Positions 42,399 to 53,893 of a DNA stretch of 64,000 nt are shown here, piece by piece. Numbering within the stretch: the first letter of the stretch is position 1; each line of letters begins with the position of its first letter. The stretch is from Chlorokybus atmophyticus (lineage: Eukaryota; Plantae; Mesostigma and Chlorokybus algae). Position numbers and translations under genes: made by a program. The DNA lies in contig RHPI01000818.1 in assembly GCA_009103225.1 (NCBI GenBank), forward strand, positions 249,520 through 313,519, read 5' to 3'. A model generated the notes under the pieces. The model made no database searches and was not told the origin of the DNA. It saw nothing but the letters and a program-made list of their open reading frames with translations.

Positions 42399-43380
42399 TG
42401 TCACGCCAACAGGGCAGGCAAAAGTCATTCTCTGTCCCTTACTTGTGTGGTAAGTAAGATGAGACTAAGTGGGGACCCACACTACGCAAGCGTGTGTAGT
42501 GCTTGTGGGTGTGCTCTCATGTAGGTCTGCTCTAGAGCCTGTGCGGCCTTGAGCATGATGAACTACACAAGGCATGATTGCAAGCACAGGGCTGATCATA
42601 GCCGATGAGACATCATGTGATGTACAGAGACATGTGTGTGCATATGTCCGCATGTGTATGCATGTGTTTGCATATGTGTGCACATGTACGCATATGAGTG
42701 CATATGCGTGCATGAGAGGTATGTACTAGATGTATGCATGTATATGCATGCATGCGCATATGTGTGCATATGCGCGCATATGTATGCATAAGGATGCATA
42801 TGTATGCATGAGTATGATGTCCTAGGCTGATGTGACCAGCCAAGGACGTTCACAACGTCCAAGGATGATGTGTGTGATGTCCTAGGCTGATGTGACCAGC
42901 CTAGGGACGTTTACAATGTCCGAGGCTGATGTGTGATCAGCCCTAGACATGAGTTGTGGTCAACGCAGCCATGACAAGGCATGTAGCCTTGGACTTGAAT
43001 GGATGTTCTAGGTCGGAGAGCAGCAAAGAGAGGGTATATGAACGGCCTCAACATGTGTTGAGGCAGCTCAGCATGTGCATACTCAACTCTTGTGTGTGGG
43101 GTGCCTAGTTTAGTTGTTCAAGGGGCTCTCCCTCTCATCCCATGTGGGGTGTGATGTCCGTGGCAGCTTTGCACATGTGTGTGAGGTGTGCTTGAGTGTG
43201 TGAGTGTGTGGGAGCTGAGTAGAGAGGTTGGTGTCATCCTCTCCTTCCTTGGTGCGGTGCTGTGACTTCCTCTGCAAGGTACTGCATCAGTGACGCTGGT
43301 AGGGCTTCCAGTAGTAAGTCCTTGTGCTTGTGCATAAGTTTGCCAAGCCGCCCAGCAAGTAAGTGAGCGGTATCGTTACA
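42399..43380 (+). repeat. 3' LTR
   Basis: 982 bp, TGTCACG...CGTTACA, followed by the TSD CTGCT. Confidence 0.95.
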
Positions 43381-43809
43381 CTGCTGCACAACAAGGGCAC
43401 CGCTGGGTCGGGCGACAGTAGAGATTGAATCGCTGGTGGTGGCTGAATGAGAGATTCCATCTAAGCTGAGATAGTCGTCTCCCATAACCACCAGCCCATT
43501 AACCAACCACTACGCCGCCGCCGCCGCCACCACCACCAAACCGCTTGCCTACCCCAGGTAACTTATTACAGCATGACTTGTGGTGATAACTTAAGGCAGA
43601 TGACACGAAGGGATCCGAGCGGTACTATCCGTTGCTGGATCACACTGTCGCCCCCCACAACCACAAGCCCACCAACCGCCGCCGCCACCACCAAAGCACT
43701 TGATCACCAGATAAGATAGTGCCTCAATGTTTTTGAGCTGACGGCTCAAAGCCGCCAGGTCAGTAATGCGCGGCGCGGCTTCTCTCTGAGTGGCACGGCC
43801 GGTCATTGC

Positions 43810-44405
43810 TTAATCATCATGTTCAGCAAGAGTGGGTGTTGTGGTGTAGTCTACCACGTTAGGCAAGTGGTTTGGTTGTGGCGGCGGCGCTGGTTTATTG
43901 GCTGGTGGTCGTAGGGGGGCGACAATCTCAGCTGGGAATTACTGCTTGCGTACGTCATTCAGCCACGGCAATAGCCTGCTGCCCGCCGCCAGGCCTGCAA
44001 CCTGCCCCGGAGAGGGAGACGGCGAGGGTGTGCGGGAGTATGGTTGTTGAGGCAGTCTGTCAAACCAGCTGGAAACTCATCCAGCCGGCACTATCGCCGC
44101 AGCGACCCCTCGTTGTGCAGCATGCTTTAGCTTTGGCCTGCTGCAGCAGGCCAAAGCTTACACCTGCAGCAGTAACTGCCTCATGGAGCGAGAGAGGGGC
44201 AGGAGGAGAGATGGAGGGGAAAGGGTTGGGATAGGGTGTTTGCCCTGTCAGAGGCACCTTCCTAGGGCAGGTGTCCTTTGCAGCAAAGGCAATACCAGCG
44301 CAAAAGCAGTAGCTGCAAGATGGTGCATGGCGCAGGGTAGTGGCGCGGTGCTTGTGGAGAGCTGTTCCACAGCTAATCACTAATTGCCTCTTCCACTTTG
44401 CAAAT
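43810..44405. repeat. Right arm of a diverged inverted repeat; the left arm is 35895-36133 plus 43386-43590, split by the LTR element
   Basis: CCAGCGCAAAAGCAGTAG at 44295 is the exact reverse complement of 35981-35998. The reconstructed empty insertion site is colinear with the reverse complement of about 44110-44147. Confidence 0.8.
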
Positions 44406-44557
44406 CGTCGCAATATGTTTCCCTTGCCGGCCGACTAAATATTGGCAACGGCCGTGCACCTGAGGATACTAATTTAGACTGTCATGGCTCAGTCCACCTG
44501 TAATCTCGATACAGGGACCGGATAGTGACTTCCGTTACAATTTAGGGTTTAACGGTT

Positions 44558-44910
44558 GACTATGCCTAATTAACAGGCGCCTGTTAATTACCTATCAGGC
44601 CTTAACAGGTCACTATGCCTTATTAACAGCCACCTGTTGGTTACTTATCAAGCCTTAATAGGTGACTACAGTTAATTAACAGGCACCTGTTAATTGCTTA
44701 TCAGGCCTTATTAGGTGACTACAACTAATTAATGGGCACCTGTGAGTTACACATCAGGCCTTAACAGGTGACTACACCTAATTAGCAGGCACTTGCAAGT
44801 TACTCATCAATCTTACTTAGATGACTCAGCTTATGTGACAGGCACCTGCAGGTTACACACCGGTCCAGCGCAGGCAACTAAGCCTAATTTACAAGCACCA
44901 ACTAGGTAAT
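44558..44910. repeat. Tandem array of 53-bp units (6 full plus 1 partial), each with an internal palindrome
   Basis: Unit starts at 44558, 44611, 44664, 44717, 44770, 44823 and 44876 give an exact 53-bp period. Unit 1 holds the perfect 24-bp palindrome TAATTAACAGGCGCCTGTTAATTA at 44567-44590. Confidence 0.95.
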
Positions 44911-45254
44911 CATCGATAAAATAAGGCATTCTTTGAGCAACCGAAGGTGACTGATGCCTAACTGTCGTTATCTGTATTTGCATAGCATGACTACACGCGA
45001 CTGTCACTGACTGCCTGCATCGTGATGTGCCTGTGCTGAGTACCTGAAATGTGTACAGTGTCTCTCAGTTACTTGCCAAGGCTTGTAGTTCGATTATGTG
45101 ACTCGAATGCCTGCAGTTCTGTTGTATATCATACGGATGCAAGTATTGGCATGAGTATAATGACGATTGACTGAGCTGGTTTAAGATGCACAACACTCAG
45201 TTACAAGAGCCTTGCAGCTATGTACACTACCAGCTAAACTCACTACCAACTGCA

Positions 45255-45880
45255 CTACAGCTCCTCTCCATCATTGCTTTGCTCGTCATCATGGAACAAA
45301 GCACCACGCGCTGGGGCTTGTGGAGGAGACGCCGGAGCTTGCTCTTCCTCCTCAAACGGTTGTGCCAGCCAATCAAATGCCGCTTCTGCCTCAGCGAGCG
45401 GGTCACGAGCTGCTGTCTCTTGCGGCCGGCGCCGATTGGGATCTTTCAAGTATTCGACACGAGATGCAATGCGGCGTTTTTCAAGGGTGAATGGCTGGGA
45501 GGCTGCGTACCGTTGCCTCATCTCCCGCTTCATTAACATGATCATGGTGTTGATTTCGCTAAGGTACTCTTCATGTGTGTCGGTGCTGGCAGCTAGGAGA
45601 GGGTCTCCATCCTTACCCTTTAAGATGCGCTCCACCTGCGTAGTTTACAGGCATGTCTTAGTGGCATCGAAAGCCACTATTCACTGCAGCGCGTCTGCAA
45701 GCCTGTAGTTTGGGGCTACAGCATTCCAGAATTGCTAATGATGGAGTTCAGAGTGCTCACCGTAAGCAACATGTATGCGAGGTGGTTGACTGTCAGCTGC
45801 CGGCGACCAGGTGTAGTGTCGGCGTAACACCAGCATTGCACGATCATTTGCCAGATTATGGGATTGCCCCATTCATTGTG
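45255..45880 (-). CDS. Orphan two-exon 3' gene fragment, possibly the C-terminus of a hAT-like transposase
   Basis: A phase-0 GT-AG intron (donor ACG|GTGAGC, acceptor CGCAG|GTG) joins ...TPGRRQLTVNHLAYMLLT to VERILKGKDGDP...DEQSNDGEEL*. The 5' side runs into the RNF32 pseudocopy. Confidence 0.4.
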
Positions 45881-45989
45881 TGACATCCTACCTTCTGCAT
45901 GTGTCCGTGCTGATTGTCTTCACCTGTGTATGTATACACATCGAGATGGATGCCCCACACGTTGTAACACCTTTCTCTCTGCCTCTCCA

Positions 45990-47880
45990 TCAGCCAGGAG
46001 GCTTATTGGCTGCTCCCCCTCCCCGTCTCTGCAATCACCAGAGCGGCGACCACGCCTGGCCCGTCTGCCGCAAACCCATCCTCCAAGCTGTTAACACACA
46101 CCACGACCGGCGCTGATTTGCAGCTGCTCCAACACCTTGTGGTGAGAGAGAGATGGTACTGTAGTTATAATAGCATGGCACTTGGGCTATCATAGCCCAC
46201 ACACGCTTGAGCAAGCGTGCGTGTAGGTGCGAGACTGTACTATAGCAATAACGTTTGGCGAGACAACTGCGCACAGGCGAGCTTAAGGAGCTGGGAGAGG
46301 CATGTTGGAAGGGAAGATCTGTCTTGCGTGCTGAGACTACTACCACAGTCACAAGCAACGGGGCCAACCACGCCGCGCACTCTGCCATCATAAGGATGGC
46401 TGTGCTGTCCAAAAAACCTGCTTATGCAGGCAATGTTGCTTACGTTGGTGGTTGTCGCTGTGCAGCGTACAGGCAGCGTAGAGGGGTTTTCTTGCAATTG
46501 TTCAGCGTCTTCTAGCTAACACACTGCCAAGGAGCCCATCTGTGTGGCGCGACCTCTTGGCGATGAAGTTGTGTTGTGTTGTTGTTGATGATGTGTGAAA
46601 GTTACTGCTAGTTGTGTCACATGGGTGTTAAGGTTGCACTTGCTCTGATTATGGTGCAGCAACATGTTCAACCCTACCAGCTGCAGCACATTACTGCGGT
46701 CACAGAGATGGACATCACATACAGCGACTGTGCAAACAGATGCAGAATTAAATGATCAAAACAGCCAATATCAAGTGCTCGCATGCCACCAAGACTTGTA
46801 TGCTGAACACACAAGCACGTACGCGCGTGCACGCTCACAGAGGCCGAGAGGCCAACCCCACTATCTAACCCCACTGGCAGCGCCTAACCGGCACATACAA
46901 CAGCTGCTAGTACGACAGCACCGCTGCCGACAGGGCAGGGCTCAAGGGCAGGGCGCAGGGGCGGGGCAGAGGGGCGGGGCTGAGGGGCCCTCAGCCAGGG
47001 TTACAACATGCAGAACTGCGTGGGAATGGCGGGAGTGAGGCTGTGGGTGAAGGAGAACGGGAGAGGGGGAGTGGGGCCGTCTGCTGCTCATGCTCCTGGC
47101 TGCTGCGAAGAACTGCGAAACTAACTGACTGCACACGCGTGCAGGTAATGAGCAAACGCATGCATGTATGTCTGATGGGGGTTGAAGGCAGTAGGTACAA
47201 TAGTTACGTGTGGCTAGTGTAGGTAGACCCCGTTGGTAAATAATCATTGCATGATGATGAGCTGGGTGAACAATGCATGTGTCATGCATGTTGCTTTTAT
47301 CATGATCACTGCATTTTCTGTACACACATGCACACGGATACAGACCCACACAGGCTGTCTACTGGGCACGCCGTATCCCCACCCTGTTCACCCTGATCCC
47401 TTGCCACCTTCTCCAACATCGCCTCCACAGCAACGGGCACCTCAGGAAACCATGGATACAAGCAGCCATCAAGATGAGAGACCACGACACACCACCTCAT
47501 CACCGCACGCTATTGCACTCAACTGAAACCAACTCGTTGCCTGTCTGTTCAGGCTGTTGAGCGCGGTGCTAAACACTGTCCCATATGTCTGGTACCTTTG
47601 GATATGCCGGCAGCAGGCCACAACAACTCCAGCAATTTTGACGACGGCCATCTTCCGCAAAGCCCTTTCAGCAAGGAGATGGATCGGATCCATCTGACCT
47701 GCAGCCACCTGTTCCACTCGCAGTGCCGCGCCAACTTTGAGGCGTTCACCAGGAGCCACAAGAGACAACAGTTTTGTTGACAGCGGGAAAAGTAGTAGCA
47801 GTGATAGTACCCAATGTAGAACACTTGCGTGCCCTGTGTTTGCCGTGCAACGTACCAGCGCAGCCCCTTTGTATATATAG
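45990..47880 (+). pseudogene. RNF32-like pseudogene (exons 3-8 paralog) with a ~500-bp intronic insertion
   Basis: Colinear with 33650-35014 but has stops (CGCTGA; TTTTGTTGA at the end of RING2), lost cysteines and a GT>AT donor. Extra sequence at about 46830-47320. Confidence 0.85.
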
Positions 47881-48259
47881 AGGGCATTTGCTATGATGAT
47901 AACTTGGCGCGAGGTTGAGATTATCATTTCACATGCAATGACTAAACCTTTTGTCCCACAAAGACGGTCCGGTGCTTTGATGGCAAAGAGCTGCAGGCTG
48001 TTACAAGATGATGACACAAGAGAAACTTAGCATAGCAGCAGTACTACTTTGAGTGCACTATGTGAACAGAGCCCAACCACTCATTCAAGTACTGGTACAA
48101 AGTAAATAATCGTGCTCAACTGAACGGGTCCGGAATGACTCGTGCACAAAATCGTGCATGTGCTAATGACAAATGGCCTAAGCTACAGCAGCAAGAGCCC
48201 TTGGCAACCTCTAATTCTTGATCTTCATCATTGTTGCCATCGGAATCAAAGTCGTGGTG

Positions 48260-49730
48260 TTAGTTGTCTTCATCATAGTCAGAGTCGCTGTCATGGTTGC
48301 ACAGCCTGCAGCTGCACTGCACAGGATAAGTGGCTGTTGTGCCTCCCGGCTCCCGCGTGCAATAGACGTCACCGCTGGCAGCCTCCTGAAGCAGCTTTTC
48401 GCGATTGTCCCACAAGTCCGTTATGCGGCACAGTGCAATGGCTGCATTGGGAAAGATGGACGCCAGGCGTTCTGTCAACTCCACAGGTGTAAACCCGGAT
48501 AACTGGGGGTGTACACCAGCGCACAGCACGATGCGAACTGTCTTTACTTGCGGCATGACGATCGGGCCAGGACCTTCTATATCCTCAGCCTCTTCATAGT
48601 CAGGCTGGCAAACGTCCTTGCAGAAGTTGAAGTAGGTGTCGTTCCATCCAGAGTCCACAATGCAGATGAGGGTCTCCAAATGTTGCAAGCGAGCAACACT
48701 GTGCAGCACGTCTCTGCGAAAGTGGCCTTTGGTGGGAGTCATTGCCAACACGCGCAGGTTGGGCATGTTGTGTGCTAATTGCGCGAGTTCAGAGGCACCA
48801 GCTGTTGCCGTGCATGTGAACACCTCCACACTCGTGCATCCTGCGCAGAGGTTGTCTCCGGTGGCGCAGCTGGTCAAGATGTTGCCGTACAGGTGAAGTT
48901 CTCTCAACTTGGGCAGCGTTGTGTGCGACAGCACTTTGTTGACATATTGCCATACCACAAAGTACGGAAACTCTGCAAACACCGGCCAAGACGATTCAGC
49001 CAGCTTAACGGCAAGAGTTGTCAGAGATTGTTGGCTCAGCTTCATAACCAGCGACGCCACCAAGGTGCAGCATTCTCTCTCCTGCTTTTCATTTGCATCT
49101 TCATCCTTGTGTCCCTGTTACACAAGGCTGTGCTCAGTGCCGTACGCAACAAGTCCAGCTTAGCAGTCACGAAGCTTGCAGCACCTACTGCGCTTACTAA
49201 ATCAGTAACCATGAGCTTCAGTTTCGTTACATATGCAATTGCCCACAGCTGCTTGCTATAGCAACACAACTGATTCATACAAGCTCGACTCGGTTCAATC
49301 CTCATTCAGCAAGCGCAGGGGTCCAGCTTCTTCCGGGCTCTAGTGTTGTGAGTAGTACTTTGGTGACAGCTGGTGATTGTCACACACACCGAGCAGTTGT
49401 AGATGCACTGTGCAAACACATTCCAGTGTGTGCACTCACCCCTTCGAAGGCAAGCACGAGAGTTTCAAGCTGTGTGATGTGCCGACTCATGGAGGCTGTA
49501 TGTTTCATGAGTCTGGTAGCAAAAGCCTCGGTGACATCCAGCTGCTTCCAGGCATGGTAGCGTGCGCACAGGTCTCTGAACAGCTTGCAGACAGAAGCCA
49601 TCCTTGTGATGAACGCCCAATGCTCGAGGTCCTTGACCTCAGCAGCATGCACTAGGCCGTCTATGATCAACTCCCACACGGCTAACCCTGATTGGTTGGC
49701 TGGTCTCCTCGCCAACCAAGCTGCTGCCAT
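48260..49730 (-). CDS. F-box / leucine-rich-repeat-like protein with an acidic tail
   Basis: F-box-like VWELIIDGL...MASVCKLFRDLC...AWKQLDV. A phase-0 intron at 49440-49115 joins it to an LRR-like exon (LPKLRELHLYGN, MPNLRVLAM, LQHLETL). The start is uncertain and upstream exons are possible. Confidence 0.6.
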
Positions 49731-50771
49731 GCTTCTGAACCTCTCCCAAATGTACTCCGTAGCCTCCTCGTCCTCCTCTTCTTTGGACACCACCTTTGGT
49801 GGCGCCTCCGCCTTGCGTTGAAGACGCTGACCACTCCAGTAACTGCCCGGCACAGTGCGTCACAGCCAGGCACTGAGACAAGCTTGAAACAAGCGAAGTC
49901 ATTCTCAGCATGCACGGCCATGCATAAAGAGACTTCGCTTCTGCTTTTGGCTATGCTGAGCTAGAGGCTGCTACGTACAGCTCAGAGGGCATGCCGACCC
50001 TAGCTGCCATGACAGGACCAGCAAGCGGCGCTACTGCCTAGCATGTCTGCTTGACCACCACTACGCCTAAGGAAACGTCACTTCCCGTGCTTGGCATCGA
50101 CAGCGTTGTTCGCCAGCGGCGGTCAGCATCAACAAGCTGCTGAATGCTTTTCGCAATAACAAAACCACGCGAGCATGGACAAGCGAGACCCTAGAGAGGC
50201 TGGCACACCAAGATTGATTTCAGCAAGGTGCTTAAACAGCTATGACCCCAGCTTCAGCAATGGCCACCACATAGCAAAGCAGGCACAGCAGTAGCGGTAA
50301 GCAACACGCACGCATGCAGTTACTTGTAGGCGGGCGCACCTGCTCCGCTTTCAGCTGCTTGACACCGCCTGCTGCTGCACCCAGCTCAGTCCGAGCTCAT
50401 GCTTACCGCGACTGACACGGACCTCACTCGCATTGCTCGCCCGCATGCAGCAGAAGTAAACCAGCCCTGCTTTAACGCAAGCAGGTCTGTTTTACGTCCG
50501 CTGCGCCAGTGCTTCCAGTGACTCACAAACTTATGAACGATCAGCTAACAGTGGAGGGGTTCAACTCTGTCATGTTAGCTAACTCTTACCAGTATGCACA
50601 GCTTCCCTTCCGTGCTTGTGGCGGGAGTTTGGCGCAGTGTGGCGTTGCCGTTGCGGCCGGCGGCGTAGGCGGCGGCGGCGGAGGTAGTGGTGGCCTTGAA
50701 GCAGGAGGGCGATGGTGTCGTGAGGTGGCTGCCGTGCCTTGTGAGGCAAGGGTAGGGCAAGCGGGAGCGGG

Positions 50772-51864
50772 ATGGAAGGAGGGGCTGACGGCAGAGGGCG
50801 GGCGCTGACGGTGCAGCAGGCTCGGGAGACACTGGACAGTGAGTTTATAGCGGTGGTGCTTGGGGTTTGTTGAACGAAGTGTGTGCTTGTGTGTTTTGTT
50901 TAAATCCACTGAACGCGGCAAGTTGTTAGTAATGTTTGAAAAAGTAAGCAATATTTATACATTGTGGCTGCACAGTTCTGGCTTTGCCAGACCGTGATTC
51001 ATAATTGTTTGTCCAGTGCATTGTTGTCGGCCAGTCTGTACCAAGCACATATCACATGCAGTTCCTAAATGGCTGCGTTGTTGAGCGATTCACAGTATGC
51101 GTGTTGCACCGGCAGTTTTGCATCCGCCCAGTGAAATCTTCCGCCTCGTGTTGCACATCATGGAGTGACGATCATGCTTGCAGCAGAAGTAATCACCGCA
51201 TGGTGCATACGCGTCTTATTGAGAAATTATCTCCATGCCGATAAGTGATACTGCATCAAAGCGCGCATGGCATTAGCAATGATCCAGTCACACTCCACTA
51301 CTATACTTAAAGAACATACAAAAGTTTGTTCACGGCACTAGTGTCCGGGTACCTGCTGCCTAATGTAATGTTGAAACACTCCACGGTACAAACACTCCAT
51401 CCTGTCAATTCATGGTTAACCTTGATGGAGGTTGCACAACAGCCATAGGGTGTTTAGTCATACTGCAGTGGCCACACACCTTGTACAGTCTCACACTGGC
51501 AATGCTACCAACTGCGCTATTGCAATTGAGACTGCGTGGCACATTGTGTGACGCTTGCGTCATGTGTTGGCAGTTGCATACGAGATCTCCAGGCTGCTAA
51601 ACACCGGCCTCGACCGCGAGACGCTGTCCATCCTCATCGGGCTCTGCGAGAACGGCATCAACCCCGAAGCCCTGGCCGCTGTCGTCAAGGAGCTGCGCAG
51701 GGAGGCCAGAGCCTTGCAGGTAGGGAATTGGTGCCGATAGCCACTGCACAATTGCTTCATGATGTTGGCCTGTTGTTGCAATGCAGTTGTAGTTATGTGA
51801 ATGTAGTTGTGATATGTAAATGTGGTTTCAGCAGGCAGCACAAAAAGCCGCACGCGCGACATGA
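50772..51864 (+). CDS. MZT1: Mitotic-spindle organizing protein 1 (MOZART1/GIP1)
   Basis: Exons 50772-50838, 51574-51719 and 51832-51864 encode [52 protein letters not shown]. Confidence 0.92.
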
Positions 51865-52043
51865 GCAACGAGCACAGCACAAGCGTGGTATAGTAGAGAC
51901 TGAGGTGGCCGCAAACATCTATGTCAAGGTAGACATACCTTCTTTAGAGCTCTTGAAAGCTGTACAGGCTTGCAGCATGTAAGCGACGCCGGCTGTATAC
52001 TTTACAATATTCATATCCCTCTGCTTACATCAAAGGCACTTGG

Positions 52044-53656
52044 TTACATGCTAGTGCCTGAGGCAACTCGCGCTACTCTGGACAGCTTGCGCGCATCATC
52101 CCTGTTAAAGAACTTGCCCTTCTCCTCCATGTAACCTTTCCTAATCTCCTCATGATAGAAGGTGAAGTAGAAGAGCAAGTCATCGTAGCAGTGACACACG
52201 TCGTGGTGCGTGCTCTGATGTAGCTGCTTGCAAAAGAAGTAGATAGCTTCGACCTGCCAATGCAGCAGATTATTACACAACTGGCAGTTGATAACATTCC
52301 TTGCCAATCGTTCAACAGATTTGCACAACCATGCCATGCAAGCACTCCGATCGTTGCCACTTGTGTAACATTCGCATCACTGTTGTGTTCACTGCTTCTG
52401 ATGAGACATAACCGCATACCGTGGACACGCCTTCCTCAGTTACGCCACGTGTGTGAGGCCGCCAGAACGCAGTTCGTATGGGACCGCAGAGGCGCATTCG
52501 GGGGAACTTTCCTAGTCTGGGATCATCGCTTACGAGAGATCCTGCCTGCAAGTGCACATCAAGGGGGAGTGGCTCCATGTCTTGAACAAGTGTTGCAACT
52601 GACCTTCTTCCACTTTGAGTCCATTGCAATGATGTGCTTGCAAGTGCCTTGCGGCAGCTCAGCCACGGTGATAGAGTCGCTGGACGGGAACAGCAGGTAC
52701 GTATCCTTCGGGTCATAATTGTCCACAGGGAAGCTGTCATAGTCCCAAACTTCAACCTGCTTGACATTGTGCTTAATAGGTAGCCTCCCATGTACTGTTA
52801 GAACCGCAACAACTGCGTTACCTGATGAGGGGCAAGAAGGCGAGCATGTACACCAGTGCTCATCGCGCGCACCTCGCGTGAGATCAGCACGTGGACTTGG
52901 CACGGCAGCTGCACGCATGGTATGGCACCCCCTGGCGTCATTGGGATGAGGCAGTCGTAGCAAAAGAAACGCCTGGACTTCTTGCATTGAGGGCAAGGCA
53001 TCCGCTGCAAGTAGCATACTAAGTGTGGTTGTTGCGAGACAAGACGTAAAAACAGACTACGCACACGCATGCGCACACGTGTGCATGCTTGCGCATGTAA
53101 GACAATGGCTCACTGTGTGGGAGGACAACACCACAGACCACGTCGATAGAGGTGTTAAAGAACAAAACACTCACCTCTTTGCACGCCTGAAGAGGAGTGT
53201 GGGGGGAGATCTGAAGGCCCTGTGCATGCACTGGTACCTGGTGAGACACAAAGCGCGTGCAAGCAGACAGACATAACGCATGCGTGTGAAGCTTACACGC
53301 ATGCGTTATCACACGCTTGGACTCAAAATGTAGCTCAAGTTGATTGACCGTGTGCAGTCCACATTGCGCAGCAACTCAAAAGCAACAGAATGATTACGAG
53401 CTCGTGCAGGCAAGCAAAGTCAATTGGGCCACACCTCATGCAGCGGAGGCATCCGCCACTCAGGGTGGCGCAGGTTGATATTCGGGCCACCCTCAGCGCC
53501 ACCACCGCCGCCGCCGCCGCCTTCCCCCTGCTCCCCCCTGCCTCCCGCGCCTCCCCCAAGCCTGCGCTTGCGCTGCTGAGGCTGAGGGTGAGGCTGGACC
53601 TCCTCCATAGCTGCCCCCTCGCGCGGCCCCTTCTCCACCAGCACCTGCACAACCAT
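52044..53656 (-). CDS. DTWD1: DTW-domain protein, DTWD1-like (tRNA-uridine aminocarboxypropyltransferase)
   Basis: Zn-ribbon CPQCKKSRRFFCYDC, STGVHARLLAP, YLLFPS, DSKW at the DTW motif position, TAFWR, STVEAIY, YDDLLFYF. Confidence 0.82.
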
Positions 53657-53893
53657 TGTTTCCTGGATCTCCTACTGCTCCTCCTTGTCCGCCGCCGCCG
53701 CCGCCACTGCCGCCGCAACAGTCTAAGCAAATTTCACCGGGAGGAAGCTAGTGCACCTCGCAGGCGGCGGCGGCGGCGGGGGACGAGGAGGAGCAGGAGG
53801 AGAAGGTGGTGGTGGTGGCAGTGGTGGTGAAGAACAGGCAGAAGGCCGAGCAGGAGCAGGGCCAGGAGGAGAAGGAGGAGGAGGTTTGTGCGG

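Larger units (their letters stand above)
36134..43380 (+). mobile_element. Ty3/gypsy LTR retrotransposon (chromovirus), recent insertion with disrupted pol
   Basis: TGTCACG...CGTTACA termini; 5-bp TSD CTGCT at 36129-36133 and 43381-43385; ~981-bp near-identical LTRs; PPT at 42386-42398; domain order PR-RT-RH-INT-chromodomain. Confidence 0.97.

Noticed and set aside
44558-44910. CRISPR array interpretation of the palindromic repeats
   Set aside because: The whole 53-bp unit repeats, there are no unique spacers or cas genes, and the context is eukaryotic.
49042-49305. Apparent frameshift in the F-box/LRR gene
   Set aside because: A phase-0 intron from 49440 to the acceptor TAACAG at 49115 bypasses this ORF and restores the frame.
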